Assembly: GCA_040005235.1 (NCBI GenBank)
Contig: JBDTZG010000075.1
Coordinates: 1 to 23,383, forward strand
DNA: 23,383 nucleotides
Direction of reading: 5' to 3'
Source: Acidobacteriota bacterium
Lineage (GTDB): Bacteria > Acidobacteriota > Thermoanaerobaculia > Multivoradales > UBA5704
Shown here: in pieces, positions 1 to 7,605 of the stretch
How positions within the stretch are numbered: position 1 is the stretch's first letter
Layout of the letters: each line of letters opens with the position of its first letter
Translations under genes and position numbers: made by a program
Notes under the pieces: generated by a model
Seen by the model: the letters and a program-made list of their open reading frames with translations, nothing else
Databases searched by the model: none
Told to the model about the DNA's origin: nothing

Positions 1-599
1 GACTTCGACATCTTGCGGCCGTCGATCCCCGGCACCTTGGGCGTCGGCGTAAACAGCGCCCGCGGCTCGGGAAAAACCTCGCCGTAAAGATAGTTGAACC
101 GCCGGCCGATCTCGCGGCTGATCTCGATGTGGCTCGCCTGGTCCTCGCCTACCGGGACGAAATGAGCGCGATAGATCAGGATGTCCACGGTCTGGAGCAC
201 GGGATAGCCGAGGAAGCCGTAGGTCAACAAATCTTTGTTCTCGATCTGGGCGATCTGCTCTTTGTAGGTCGGCACCCGTTCGAGCCAGCCGAGCGGCGTA
301 ATCATCGAAAACAGCAGGTGCAGCTCGGCGTGCTCGGGCACCATCGACTGGATGAAGATCACCGACTTGGTCGGATCTAAGCCCGCGGCGATCCAATCCG
401 CCACCATCTCCAACGTGTTGTCGCGAATCTCTCCGGTCTCGGCATAATCGCTGGTGAGCGCATGCCAGTCGGCCGCCATGTACATGCAGCGGTATGTATC
501 CTGCAGCTCGACCCAATTCTTGAGCGCGCCGAAGTAGTTCCCGAGATGGATACGGCCGGTCGGGCGCATGCCCGAGAGGACGATTTTCGTTGGCGTCAC
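1..599 (-). CDS. trpS: Tryptophanyl-tRNA synthetase (5' part; runs off the window edge)
   Basis: Minus strand from GTG at 599 (GGAGG RBS upstream) reads VTPTKIVLSGMRPTGRIHLGNYFGALKNWVELQ...MAADWHALT...VPVGEDQASHIEISREIGRRFN, with the class I HIGH-type motif (HLGN). Confidence 0.95.
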   Translation of the reverse strand, partial: MTPTKIVLSGMRPTGRIHLGNYFGALKNWVELQDTYRCMYMAADWHALTSDYAETGEIRDNTLEMVADWIAAGLDPTKSVIFIQSMVPEHAELHLLFSMITPLGWLERVPTYKEQIAQIENKDLLTYGFLGYPVLQTVDILIYRAHFVPVGEDQASHIEISREIGRRFNYLYGEVFPEPRALFTPTPKVPGIDGRKMSK

Positions 600-655
600 G
601 GTGCCTCCGGTCAGGTTCGAGAGAATGTTTCGATTCGAGATCAAAGGGACTTAGC

Positions 656-1363
656 CTAGATCGAGATGACCAGGTTCAAAAGGACCAGGAACGGGATCAG
701 CGCCACCTGAAAAAACGGCGTGACCGCAAACGCCGAGCAGAGCAGATAACCGAACGGCCGCAGCGACGCAAGCCGCGGCGCCCAGCTCTCCGGAGCAACC
801 TGCAGCAGGATCATGCCGCCGTCGAGCGGCGGGATCGGCAGCAGATGAAACAGAGTGAGAAACGCGCTGATCACCGCCGCCTGCACCAGCGTGAAAACGA
901 TCGGAAAGCCGCGCAACGCGAAAGCGGGCGACGCCGGATCCGCGAGCGAGCCGCCGAGCAGCGACAGCCGCGCAGCCTGCTTGGCCTCCGGCCCCAGAAT
1001 GTGTACGACGATCCCAACCGCGAGCACGGCCACCAGCGCAAATGCGGCATTGGCGGCGGGTCCCGCGGCGCTCACCAGAAGCGAGTGCCAGCCGGGCCGG
1101 CGCAGTTTGCTCGCGTCGATGGGTACCGGCCGCGACCAGCCGAACGCGATCGGCACGGAGAGCGCCACCAGCGCGGCGGGCAGGATCACGGTGCCGAACA
1201 GATCGAGATGCGCGAGCGGGTTGATCGAAACCCGGCCGAGCGCCCGCGGCGTCGGATCGCCGAACAGCTCGGCCGCCTTCGCGTGCGCCGCTTCGTGAAG
1301 CGTCGCCAGGAACAGCACCAGCAACAGCTGGATGGTCCCCAAGAATAAAAGGTTCGCGGTCAA
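656..1363 (-). CDS. Site-2 protease family (peptidase M50) membrane metalloprotease
   Basis: HEAAH (HExxH), GDPTPRALGRVSINPLAHLD, FGWSRPVP, AAGPAAN and LLPIPPLDG. Likely TTG start at 1363 overlaps the upstream stop (TTGA). The longer ORF-track start is a spurious extension. Confidence 0.9.
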   Translation of the reverse strand: MTANLLFLGTIQLLLVLFLATLHEAAHAKAAELFGDPTPRALGRVSINPLAHLDLFGTVILPAALVALSVPIAFGWSRPVPIDASKLRRPGWHSLLVSAAGPAANAAFALVAVLAVGIVVHILGPEAKQAARLSLLGGSLADPASPAFALRGFPIVFTLVQAAVISAFLTLFHLLPIPPLDGGMILLQVAPESWAPRLASLRPFGYLLCSAFAVTPFFQVALIPFLVLLNLVISI

Positions 1364-2340
1364 CGGCTTCCCCTTTCGGCGCCTTCGACCGCGAATCGCG
1401 GAGGAGGCGGCAGCGGATCGAACAGGCCGCGCCACAGGCCCTTGGCCTTTGCGCGGACGGCGCGCGCGTTCCCCCGCGCCCCCTCGCGCACCAGAGCGAC
1501 CGGCAGGGCGGCGAGGTTCGCCGCCACGAAGATCAGCCGCGCGAGCGGCCCGCCGTACCGGCGGACGAAGATCGCGTTGCCGCGTCCGGTATGGAAGGTC
1601 TTGACGGGGGTGTACCCCCCGCCGGTCGAAGCCGCCACCTTGTGCCAGATCCGGCTGTCCGGCACGTAGCGCAACCGGTAGCCCGCGGCCGCGGCGCGGC
1701 GGCACCAGTCCGCGTCGTCGACGTTGATGAAGTAGACCGGGTCGAGCGGCCCCACTTTGAGCATCGCGTCGCGCGGCACCAGCAGGCAGCAGGTGGTCAG
1801 ATAGGTCACGTCCGCGGCCTCGGCGAAGCGCGGCCCCGCCGATTGGCGGTTGCCCCACTCTTCGGTCACCGTCTCGCGCCAACGCAGCCGGCCGCCAGCG
1901 GCCCAGATCAGGTCGCGCCGCTCGAAATAGAAGATCAGCGGCCCGGAAGCACCCACCCGGGGGTCGGCGCACGCGTCGAGCAGGGGAGCCAGGAAGCCAG
2001 GATCGACCTCGACATCGGTGTTGAGCAGCAAAGTCCAGGCGACCTCAGGGTCTTCGAGCGCGCGGCGAATGCCTACCTCGTTGCCGCCGGCAAACCCGAG
2101 GTTTGCACCGGTCTCGATCAATTCGATCCCGGGGCGCGCCGCGCGCAGCCGGGCGACCGAGTCGTCGCTCGACCCGTTGTCGACCACCAGGCAGCGCAAC
2201 CGATTCGCCTCGGCGCAGGCGTCGAGCGAAGCGAGGGTGGCGAGCGTGTCGGAGGCGCCATTCCAATTGATCAGAACCACGGCGATCCGGCCGTCGAGCG
2301 GGCGACGCGCGCCCGGAGTTGAGGAAAGGGCCGCTGTCAT
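1360..2340 (-). CDS. Glycosyltransferase family 2
   Basis: VVLINWNG, VVDNGSSD, NLGFAGGN, LLNTD, YFINVDDADWCRR and IWHKV. ATG at 2340 overlaps the upstream stop (ATGA). Confidence 0.92.
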   Translation of the reverse strand: MTAALSSTPGARRPLDGRIAVVLINWNGASDTLATLASLDACAEANRLRCLVVDNGSSDDSVARLRAARPGIELIETGANLGFAGGNEVGIRRALEDPEVAWTLLLNTDVEVDPGFLAPLLDACADPRVGASGPLIFYFERRDLIWAAGGRLRWRETVTEEWGNRQSAGPRFAEAADVTYLTTCCLLVPRDAMLKVGPLDPVYFINVDDADWCRRAAAAGYRLRYVPDSRIWHKVAASTGGGYTPVKTFHTGRGNAIFVRRYGGPLARLIFVAANLAALPVALVREGARGNARAVRAKAKGLWRGLFDPLPPPPRFAVEGAERGSR

Positions 2341-2855
2341 GAGCCACTGCCTATGCGGCCGTCGAGCGCGCGGATGCGGCGTTCGGTCTCGACCAGCCCC
2401 GGCCGTGCCGCGTACGCCGCCACGAACTGAAGCGCCAGAGCGGCAAAAAAGATCGCGTGGTGCCAGTAGCGCGGGTGCAGCTCGTTCTGGCGGACCATCG
2501 CGAACGCGCCCGACAGGAAGGCAGCCAGCACGGCCAAAGCGCCCACCAAAAGCCACGGCAACGTCCGGCGCACCAGCCGGCGCCGCAGGTCGTCTTCTTG
2601 CGCGTCGAAGCCGTGCTCGGAGACGGTCTTGGCAATCAACCGGGAGGTCCCGACGAGATAGATCGATGTCCACGACTGGGCAAACACCAGAAGGAGCGAA
2701 ACGACGAGCGCGAGCAGAATGTGCAGCCGCTGGTCGCCGAACCAGCGATAGCCGACACCTGCTACCGCCACCAGGCCGAAGCCGCCCAAAACGATCACGA
2801 CGAGCAGACCTCGCCCCAGGTAACCCCGTTTCGGGGCGTTCGCTCGTTCGTTCAT
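2337..2855 (-). CDS. Hypothetical membrane protein (about 4 TM helices)
   Basis: 172-aa ORF with four hydrophobic segments, translationally coupled to the GT2 gene. Confidence 0.75.
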   Translation of the reverse strand: MNERANAPKRGYLGRGLLVVIVLGGFGLVAVAGVGYRWFGDQRLHILLALVVSLLLVFAQSWTSIYLVGTSRLIAKTVSEHGFDAQEDDLRRRLVRRTLPWLLVGALAVLAAFLSGAFAMVRQNELHPRYWHHAIFFAALALQFVAAYAARPGLVETERRIRALDGRIGSGS

Positions 2856-2938
2856 GACGTTTGGGATCCCTCGGTATCCTTTCCGCAGCGCCTCCCGGCG
2901 CGGCTCGTTCCGGTCGTGCTCCCTGCTTCAACCCCGTT

Positions 2939-4090
2939 TTACGTCGATTCGCGGCCCCGCCGCGCGACGATCTGCCGCCACAGCCCGGCCACGACCTCCG
3001 GCCGGTACAGTTCGGCCGCCCGCTTCCGGCCCGCCTCGCCCCGCCGCTTCGCCTCTGCCGGATCGGCCCGAACCGCGGCGAGCGCACCGGCCAGCGCGCC
3101 CAGATCTTCCGCCGGCACCAGCCAGCCGGTCTCGCCGTCCACGACCACCTCGGGAATCCCGCTCACCCGGCTAGCCACCACCGGAACCCCTGCGGCCATC
3201 GCTTCGAGCACCACCAGAGGCATCCCCTCATACGTCGAAGGAACCACCAAGGCGGCAGCCCCGGAGAGCAATCCCGCCACCCGAGGCGCCCCGCAGCGGC
3301 CCAGGAAGGATACCGCACCCGAAGCCGACAAGCCCAACTCCCCCGCTTTCGCCACCAAGGCCGACCGGTGCTCGCCGTCCCCGGCGATCAAAAGGCGCGC
3401 CTCCGGGAGCGACCGTAGCGCCTCGAACAAAACCTCCACCCCCTTGCGGATGCGCAACCGGCCGACGAACAGAAAATACCCCTCGCCGTCCTCCGGAAAG
3501 CGCTCCGGAGGTCCGGAAGGAGCCAACCCGCCGGTCGCATTCGGAAGAACCTCCACCCCCTCCGCCCCGTAATCGCGCACCAGCTCCGCAGCGGTGGCCG
3601 CACTCGGCGCAAGCACCAGATCCGCCCGGCGCGCCGTCCACCGGCCGAAAAAGATCTGGATTGGAGCCTTGAAGTGGCGAAACCGCCTCTCCACCGCGCC
3701 CGGCCAGCCGATTTCGCGTCCGGCTGTTACCAAGGGCCGGACGGCCTTTTTCTCTCCGACGTAGCTCACCTGGAGGAGGGCCGCGAGTAGAGGCCGGCCT
3801 TCTTTCTTCCGAGCCCAAAGCACCGCCGAAGCGGCGAGCGCGCCGTCCGACTCGTGAACCTGGACGACATCGGGGTGGAACCGGCGGAGGGCGCGGAGGG
3901 TCGCCATTACGATCGTGACCAGGAAGAGGATCTTGGGCCCGGGGGCGCCGTCCCGGTCGGCGGATTTGCGGCCGAGGATTTCGACTTCGTGGCCGAGGGC
4001 GGTAAGGCCGGCGGCGAGTTGGAGGACTTGCTCTCCCACTCCGGAGAGGTCGCGGGGGGGGAGGGTGTTGGCTATGAGGAGGATGCGCAT
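2939..4090 (-). CDS. Glycosyltransferase family 4 (GT-B fold)
   Basis: MRILLIANT, FLFVGRLRIRKG, PSTYEGMPLVVLEAMAAGVPVVASRVSGIPEVV (E-x7-E motif). Confidence 0.95.
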   Translation of the reverse strand: MRILLIANTLPPRDLSGVGEQVLQLAAGLTALGHEVEILGRKSADRDGAPGPKILFLVTIVMATLRALRRFHPDVVQVHESDGALAASAVLWARKKEGRPLLAALLQVSYVGEKKAVRPLVTAGREIGWPGAVERRFRHFKAPIQIFFGRWTARRADLVLAPSAATAAELVRDYGAEGVEVLPNATGGLAPSGPPERFPEDGEGYFLFVGRLRIRKGVEVLFEALRSLPEARLLIAGDGEHRSALVAKAGELGLSASGAVSFLGRCGAPRVAGLLSGAAALVVPSTYEGMPLVVLEAMAAGVPVVASRVSGIPEVVVDGETGWLVPAEDLGALAGALAAVRADPAEAKRRGEAGRKRAAELYRPEVVAGLWRQIVARRGREST

Positions 4091-4171
4091 GAGGATGGAG
4101 GGGAATTGCGAGATCCGATATTACCTCGCACCTGGCCGCCGCCTTCCCTCCGACCACCAGCTAGATCAAAA

Positions 4172-4423
4172 AAGATCGAACTTTTCCGAAAAAAGAGTGA
4201 ACTTGAGCCGCTGAAGAGCGAACTTCACTGCCTGAAAAGCGAACCTCAGCGTCTGAAGAGTGAACTCGAACCGTTGGCGAGCGAACTTTTTTGAAAAAAG
4301 TTCGAACACGGACGGTTCGAGAACGTTCTCGAGGAGTTTGAAAGCGAACTTGAACAACTCGAAAGCGAACTTCAGCCGGTGAAAAGCGAACTTGGGGGAC
4401 TCGCGAGCGGACTGGACGAGGCC
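4172..4423. repeat. Degenerate tandem array, 12 units of 21 bp (core AGCGAACTT), with central palindromes
   Basis: Units start at 4172, 4193, 4214, 4235, 4256, 4277, 4298, 4319, 4340, 4361, 4382 and 4403, e.g. aagagtgaacttgagccgctg / aagagcgaacttcactgcctg / gaaagcgaacttcagccggtg. The units at 4298 and 4319 are strongly diverged. Confidence 0.85.
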
Positions 4424-4440
4424 GCTCCGGAAGCGGCCTC
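4418..4440. terminator. GC-rich hairpin, possible terminator of a minus-strand gene remnant
   Basis: gaggccgct-ccgga-agcggcctc, a perfect 9-bp stem 2 nt past the minus-strand TGA at 4443. No clear U tract. Confidence 0.4.
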
Positions 4441-4690
4441 CCTCAGGCCAGGTTTTTGAGCAACGCCCAGGCGGACCAGTCGCCCGTTGCGGAAAAACCG
4501 TCCGTGTAGGAAATCCCCATGTAGTCCCCCGCGAGCGGCTGAGTCGCTAAGGCCCAGGCCGCCTGCAACCGATCGCAGGATTCATTTAAGATACAAGCTA
4601 AAGTGTTCCTGATTCGGCCGGCCGCCTCAGTATTGCACTCGGCGGATCGCACCGATCGGCTAATCCATCCGCTGCCGCACGAGGTGAACC

Positions 4691-5764
4691 ATGTATCGAA
4701 CGTCGATTTGGGTGCTTCTGTTCTTGATTGCTTTCGCTGCCATCGCATCGACCCAGGCGCCGACGCCTGGCACACTTGTGTTTATTTCGAGCATTGAAGA
4801 GTGCCGGGTGAGCGTGGACGGCAAAGAGGTTTTCACAGTTCCCGCGGGCGAAGTAAGGAGGGTCTACTTCGCTCCCGGCGAGCATCAGATCAGCGCCGAC
4901 TGCACGGGGCGAATGTGGAAGGACACGATCGCGGTGGGCGGGGAACTTAAGGTGGTCACGATTCCGGCCCGGTCCAGAACGTCAGCTGAGGTATCGAAGC
5001 CGGCTTCCGCGGCAGCGCCTCAGGTGGGGACCGGCTGCATCCTTTTGTTCGACTCGAACCGAGAGGTCGCCGCGGGCCGCTGGCGGGTCGGCGCGGTCGT
5101 CCGAACGACGCCGTGCGAGAAAGCCCAAATCCGGCCGGGCAGCGTCGCCATTTCCCTGGGGGGAAAAACGGCAAATGACTTCGCTCGGAAGGACATTCCG
5201 GAGTTCGACAGCGGAGCGGTCGGCTCGACCGTCGAGCTGGAGATTTTGGCCCGTGACGGCGAGGTTCGTAAAACGATCCTCACCCGGGCGGCGATTCCCA
5301 AGTTTGGGACCGTCGATGTACTCCTGCCGGAGGGACAAATCACATCCACAACTTTCGGGGGCGATCTCCCGATCTCGGATGCGGTGTGGGACGCCGTACG
5401 GAACTCGCAGGGCGCCCTGCCGAACGAAAGGGCCTGCCGGGGCATCGCGGTGGCCTGCTCCTCAAGAAATCCCCTCGACTGCACCCTCGGGGCTGGCTGC
5501 ATAGAAAGAGGCAATTGTTCCGGCGCTTCCTCCCAGACTACCTGCGTGGGAAGGGATAGGTACATTTGCGAGACGACACCTGGTTGCTTTTGGGCGGCCA
5601 GCACAAGAACCTGCGACGGCTTGGGCCAGAGCTGCTTCGGCCAAGACGCTGCCGCCTGCGAATCGATCAGAGGTTGCACTTGGATCCCTCTCTGCATGGG
5701 CATCCCGACACCTTGTGCGTCGCTCAGCGAAAGGCTCTGCACGTCGCAGCCCGGTTGCTCTTAA
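4691..5764 (+). CDS. Secreted protein: signal peptide, PEGA-like beta domain, PDZ-like domain, four Cys-rich repeats
   Basis: GAGGTG RBS before ATG and a hydrophobic N-terminus. GTLVFISSIEECRVSVDG...APGEHQI is PEGA-like. TPCEKAQIRPG...ISLGGK...GAVGSTVELEILARDG...LTRAAI is PDZ-like. The last ~110 aa contain 16 Cys. Confidence 0.75.
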   Translation: MYRTSIWVLLFLIAFAAIASTQAPTPGTLVFISSIEECRVSVDGKEVFTVPAGEVRRVYFAPGEHQISADCTGRMWKDTIAVGGELKVVTIPARSRTSAEVSKPASAAAPQVGTGCILLFDSNREVAAGRWRVGAVVRTTPCEKAQIRPGSVAISLGGKTANDFARKDIPEFDSGAVGSTVELEILARDGEVRKTILTRAAIPKFGTVDVLLPEGQITSTTFGGDLPISDAVWDAVRNSQGALPNERACRGIAVACSSRNPLDCTLGAGCIERGNCSGASSQTTCVGRDRYICETTPGCFWAASTRTCDGLGQSCFGQDAAACESIRGCTWIPLCMGIPTPCASLSERLCTSQPGCS

Positions 5765-5770
5765 AAATAG

Positions 5771-6097
5771 GTTCTGGGGCTTCCGCCAGAGCGCAAATGG
5801 ATCTCCGACGCGAGCGGTCGGACTGCCCAGGCGCTCGCCCGCTATCCCGCCGTGCGGCGTGCCTTCGCCCGCCGCGACCTCGCGCTCGATGCGGCGCTGG
5901 TGGGGCTTGAAGAAGCGGCGCTCCTGCTTGCCGAAGGCCGAGGCCCAGAAGTCCGCACGACGGTCTTCGAGATGCGGAAGACCTTCGAGAGCGAGAAGCT
6001 CCTCCGCGTAGCGCACGCGGCGCGCAAGCTGTTCCTCGACGCGGTCCTCCAGAAACCGCCACCGCCGCCCTCGCCCGCCGGACCGCGCGCGAGATGA
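5771..6097 (+). pseudogene. C-terminal fragment of a TPR-like helical protein
   Basis: The frame opens after TAG at 5768 with no convincing start or RBS. ALARYPAVRRAFARRDLALDAALVGLEEAALLLAEGRGPEVRTTVFEMRKTFESEKL resembles the C-terminus of a TPR-like family I recall from Acidobacteriota genomes (unverified). Confidence 0.5.
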
Positions 6098-6226
6098 GCC
6101 GGCGGCCTCACGCGCCGGCCGTCTGACGCTCCCCCTCTTTTCCTGCACCGCCAGCCGCCAGCAGGCGACCGTGCCGGCCCCGGACGCGAAGGCGGCGAAC
6201 GGTTCGGTTCGGTAGTCGTGTTCGCA

Positions 6227-6255
6227 GGGGCGTGGAGCCGGCGGTTCCACGCCCC
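6227..6255. repeat. Hairpin, REP-like or terminator-like
   Basis: ggggcgtggagcc-ggc-ggttccacgcccc, a 13-bp stem with one G-T pair. It begins GCAGGGGCG, similar to the GTAGGGGCG end of the 15620 palindrome. Confidence 0.45.
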
Positions 6256-6323
6256 GGAATGGCCCGGCGGCCGGGGGCATCCCGTCTCTCGGCGCCATCA
6301 AGGCCGGAGATCCCTACCCCCAA

Positions 6324-6595
6324 CCACCCTTCGAGCTTGCGCTTGATCAGCTGTTTGCCTTTGACGGGATCCCTCGCCTGGGCCCTGGTGATCCCGTGGC
6401 TCTTGAGGATTTTCAAGGCGTCCGTCTGTTCTTCCGGTCGTTTCCGACCACCGCGTTGTGCAGGTTGTCGGCGTGCGTGTCCCGCTGGGTGCCGAGACGC
6501 CTCTCCCTCTTCTTCTTGAAATGCCGGTAGAGCTTGTAGGCGCCGAGGCCTGCCGCCGTGAGCGCGCCCGCTCCGGCGAGAGCCCAGCCGATCGA
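6324..6595 (-). pseudogene. Frameshifted C-terminal fragment of a larger protein with a glycine/alanine-rich TM segment
   Basis: SIGWALAGAGALTAAGLGAYKLYRHFKKKRERRLG...AVVGND continues, after a 1-nt shift near 6436, as PEEQTDALKILKSHGITRAQARDPVKGKQLIKRKLEGW. No 5' part is present. Confidence 0.55.
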
Positions 6596-6833
6596 GGTGG
6601 CTGGAGCGATCGGCCGAACACGGCGCACTCCGGTGGAGGCACAAATGCTTGCCCTGGCGCTGAGCCGGCTACCGCATGTAACGGTCCGGGTGCTAGATGA
6701 GGCGTGCGTGCTCCACGCTCTCACCTTGGCGGCACAGCAGGGTCTGCGCGGCGCCGATGCGGTCTATGCTGCGGTTGCTCAGGACGCCGGAAGTACCCTC
6801 GTCACTTTGGACAATGAGCATCTGACAGCGTAA
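6591..6833 (+). pseudogene. vapC: PIN-domain (VapC-type) toxin fragment lacking its N-terminus
   Basis: EVAGAIGR...AAQQGLRGADAVYAAVAQDAGSTLVTLDNEHL carries typical PIN C-terminal motifs (DAxY, LVTxD). The N-terminal strand with the first catalytic Asp is absent. Confidence 0.75.
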
Positions 6834-7018
6834 CTCGCCGCAACGGAGAGGACTTCGTAGTTCTCGGAGCCGACGACTGGGCCCGCGAACAGGAGACCCT
6901 TTACGTCCTCCAGAACACGTCGTTGATGGAGCAGATCGGGCTCTCGCTCGAAACCCACCGCCTGGGCACCGGAGTTTCGCCTGAACACGACGAGCTCGAT
7001 GCGCTCGATCGTGTTTGA
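6830..7018 (+). pseudogene. yefM: Phd/YefM antitoxin, 5'-truncated
   Basis: VTRRNGEDFVVLGADDWAREQETLYVLQNTSLMEQIGLSLETH...DRV*. There is an in-frame TGA at 6815 and no start codon before 6830. Its end overlaps the yoeB start. Confidence 0.8.
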
Positions 7019-7267
7019 AGGCGATACCTGGGAGCGTTTCCTGGAATTGCGTCGCCGCGATCCGTCCTGCACAAGGCCCTCTGCCGCCAGCTTCGCGAGC
7101 TTCAGCACGAACCGGAGCCGGCCTCGGGGACGGGAAAGCCGGAACCTCTACGCCATGCCCTTTCCGTCCTCTGGTCACGTCGCCTTTCGCTTAAGGATCG
7201 ACTGATCTACCGCTTCGACGCCGAACGGATCTACGTCATGGCGTTTGGCGGTCACTTCGACCAATAG
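6999..7267 (+). pseudogene. yoeB: Txe/YoeB toxin with a 1-nt deletion frameshift near 7065
   Basis: MRSIVFEGDTWERFLELRRRDP, then in the shifted frame LHKALCRQLRELQHEPEPASGTGKPEPLRHALSVLWSRRLSLKDRLIYRFDAERIYVMAFGGHFDQ* (GKPEPL, WSRR, RLIY). Length 269 nt = 3n-1. Confidence 0.85.
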
Positions 7268-7285
7268 CCCTCCTAGAAAGGTTCG

Positions 7286-7477
7286 AATCTTCCGGCGAAG
7301 CCGTAAATTTATTGGCTGGCGGTGAGATCTTCCGGTCGGGGCGAGAATCCGCTGGCGAACTTCGAAATTTCCTGGCTTAGACCCGAACTTTTCTATTTAG
7401 AGTCCAGCCAGGAAATCTGGAGCGCGGCCAGGAGATTTGAACTCTGGCCAGGAAATCTGGAGTGCGGCCAGAAGATT
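7286..7477. repeat. Inverted array of an 11-bp motif with strict 20-bp period
   Basis: AATTTCCTGGC-like copies at 7286, 7306, 7326, 7346 and 7366. Reverse-complement copies (GCCAGGAAATC-like) at 7407, 7427, 7447 and 7467. Confidence 0.85.
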
Positions 7478-7605
7478 TCGGAGAAAAGCCGTCACGTAAG
7501 CCTGAATAGCGGCGCCTCTCGCAGGAGGCGCGAGCGGTGTCAACCGGCCGGGGCGACGCAACAGCCCCCGGGAAAGGAAGTTTCGACGCTGGTAGGATTC
7601 GCCCG

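Noticed and set aside
1364-3087. Long N-terminal extensions suggesting fusions (656-1972 and 1360-3087; likewise 8085, 12089, 12405 and 16868 starts)
   Set aside because: The extensions overlap neighbouring real genes. Internal starts with an RBS or 4-nt stop/start overlaps explain the layout better.
4292-4294. Selenocysteine or readthrough TGA in the heptad frame
   Set aside because: The frame has no credible start or RBS and no redox-motif context. The TGA is explained by the central palindrome.
4172-4423. CRISPR array
   Set aside because: The unit length of 21 bp leaves no room for spacers, the repeats are degenerate, and no cas genes are present. The same applies to 7286-7477.
7059-7070. 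Programmed frameshift in yoeB
   Set aside because: There is no slippery heptamer, and the partner antitoxin is also broken, so decay or a sequencing error is simpler.
5765-7280. Integron cassette array (TA cassettes)
   Set aside because: I found no convincing attC sites (RYYYAAC...GTTRRRY with paired arms) and no integrase. The pieces are truncated inside coding sequence rather than being whole cassettes.
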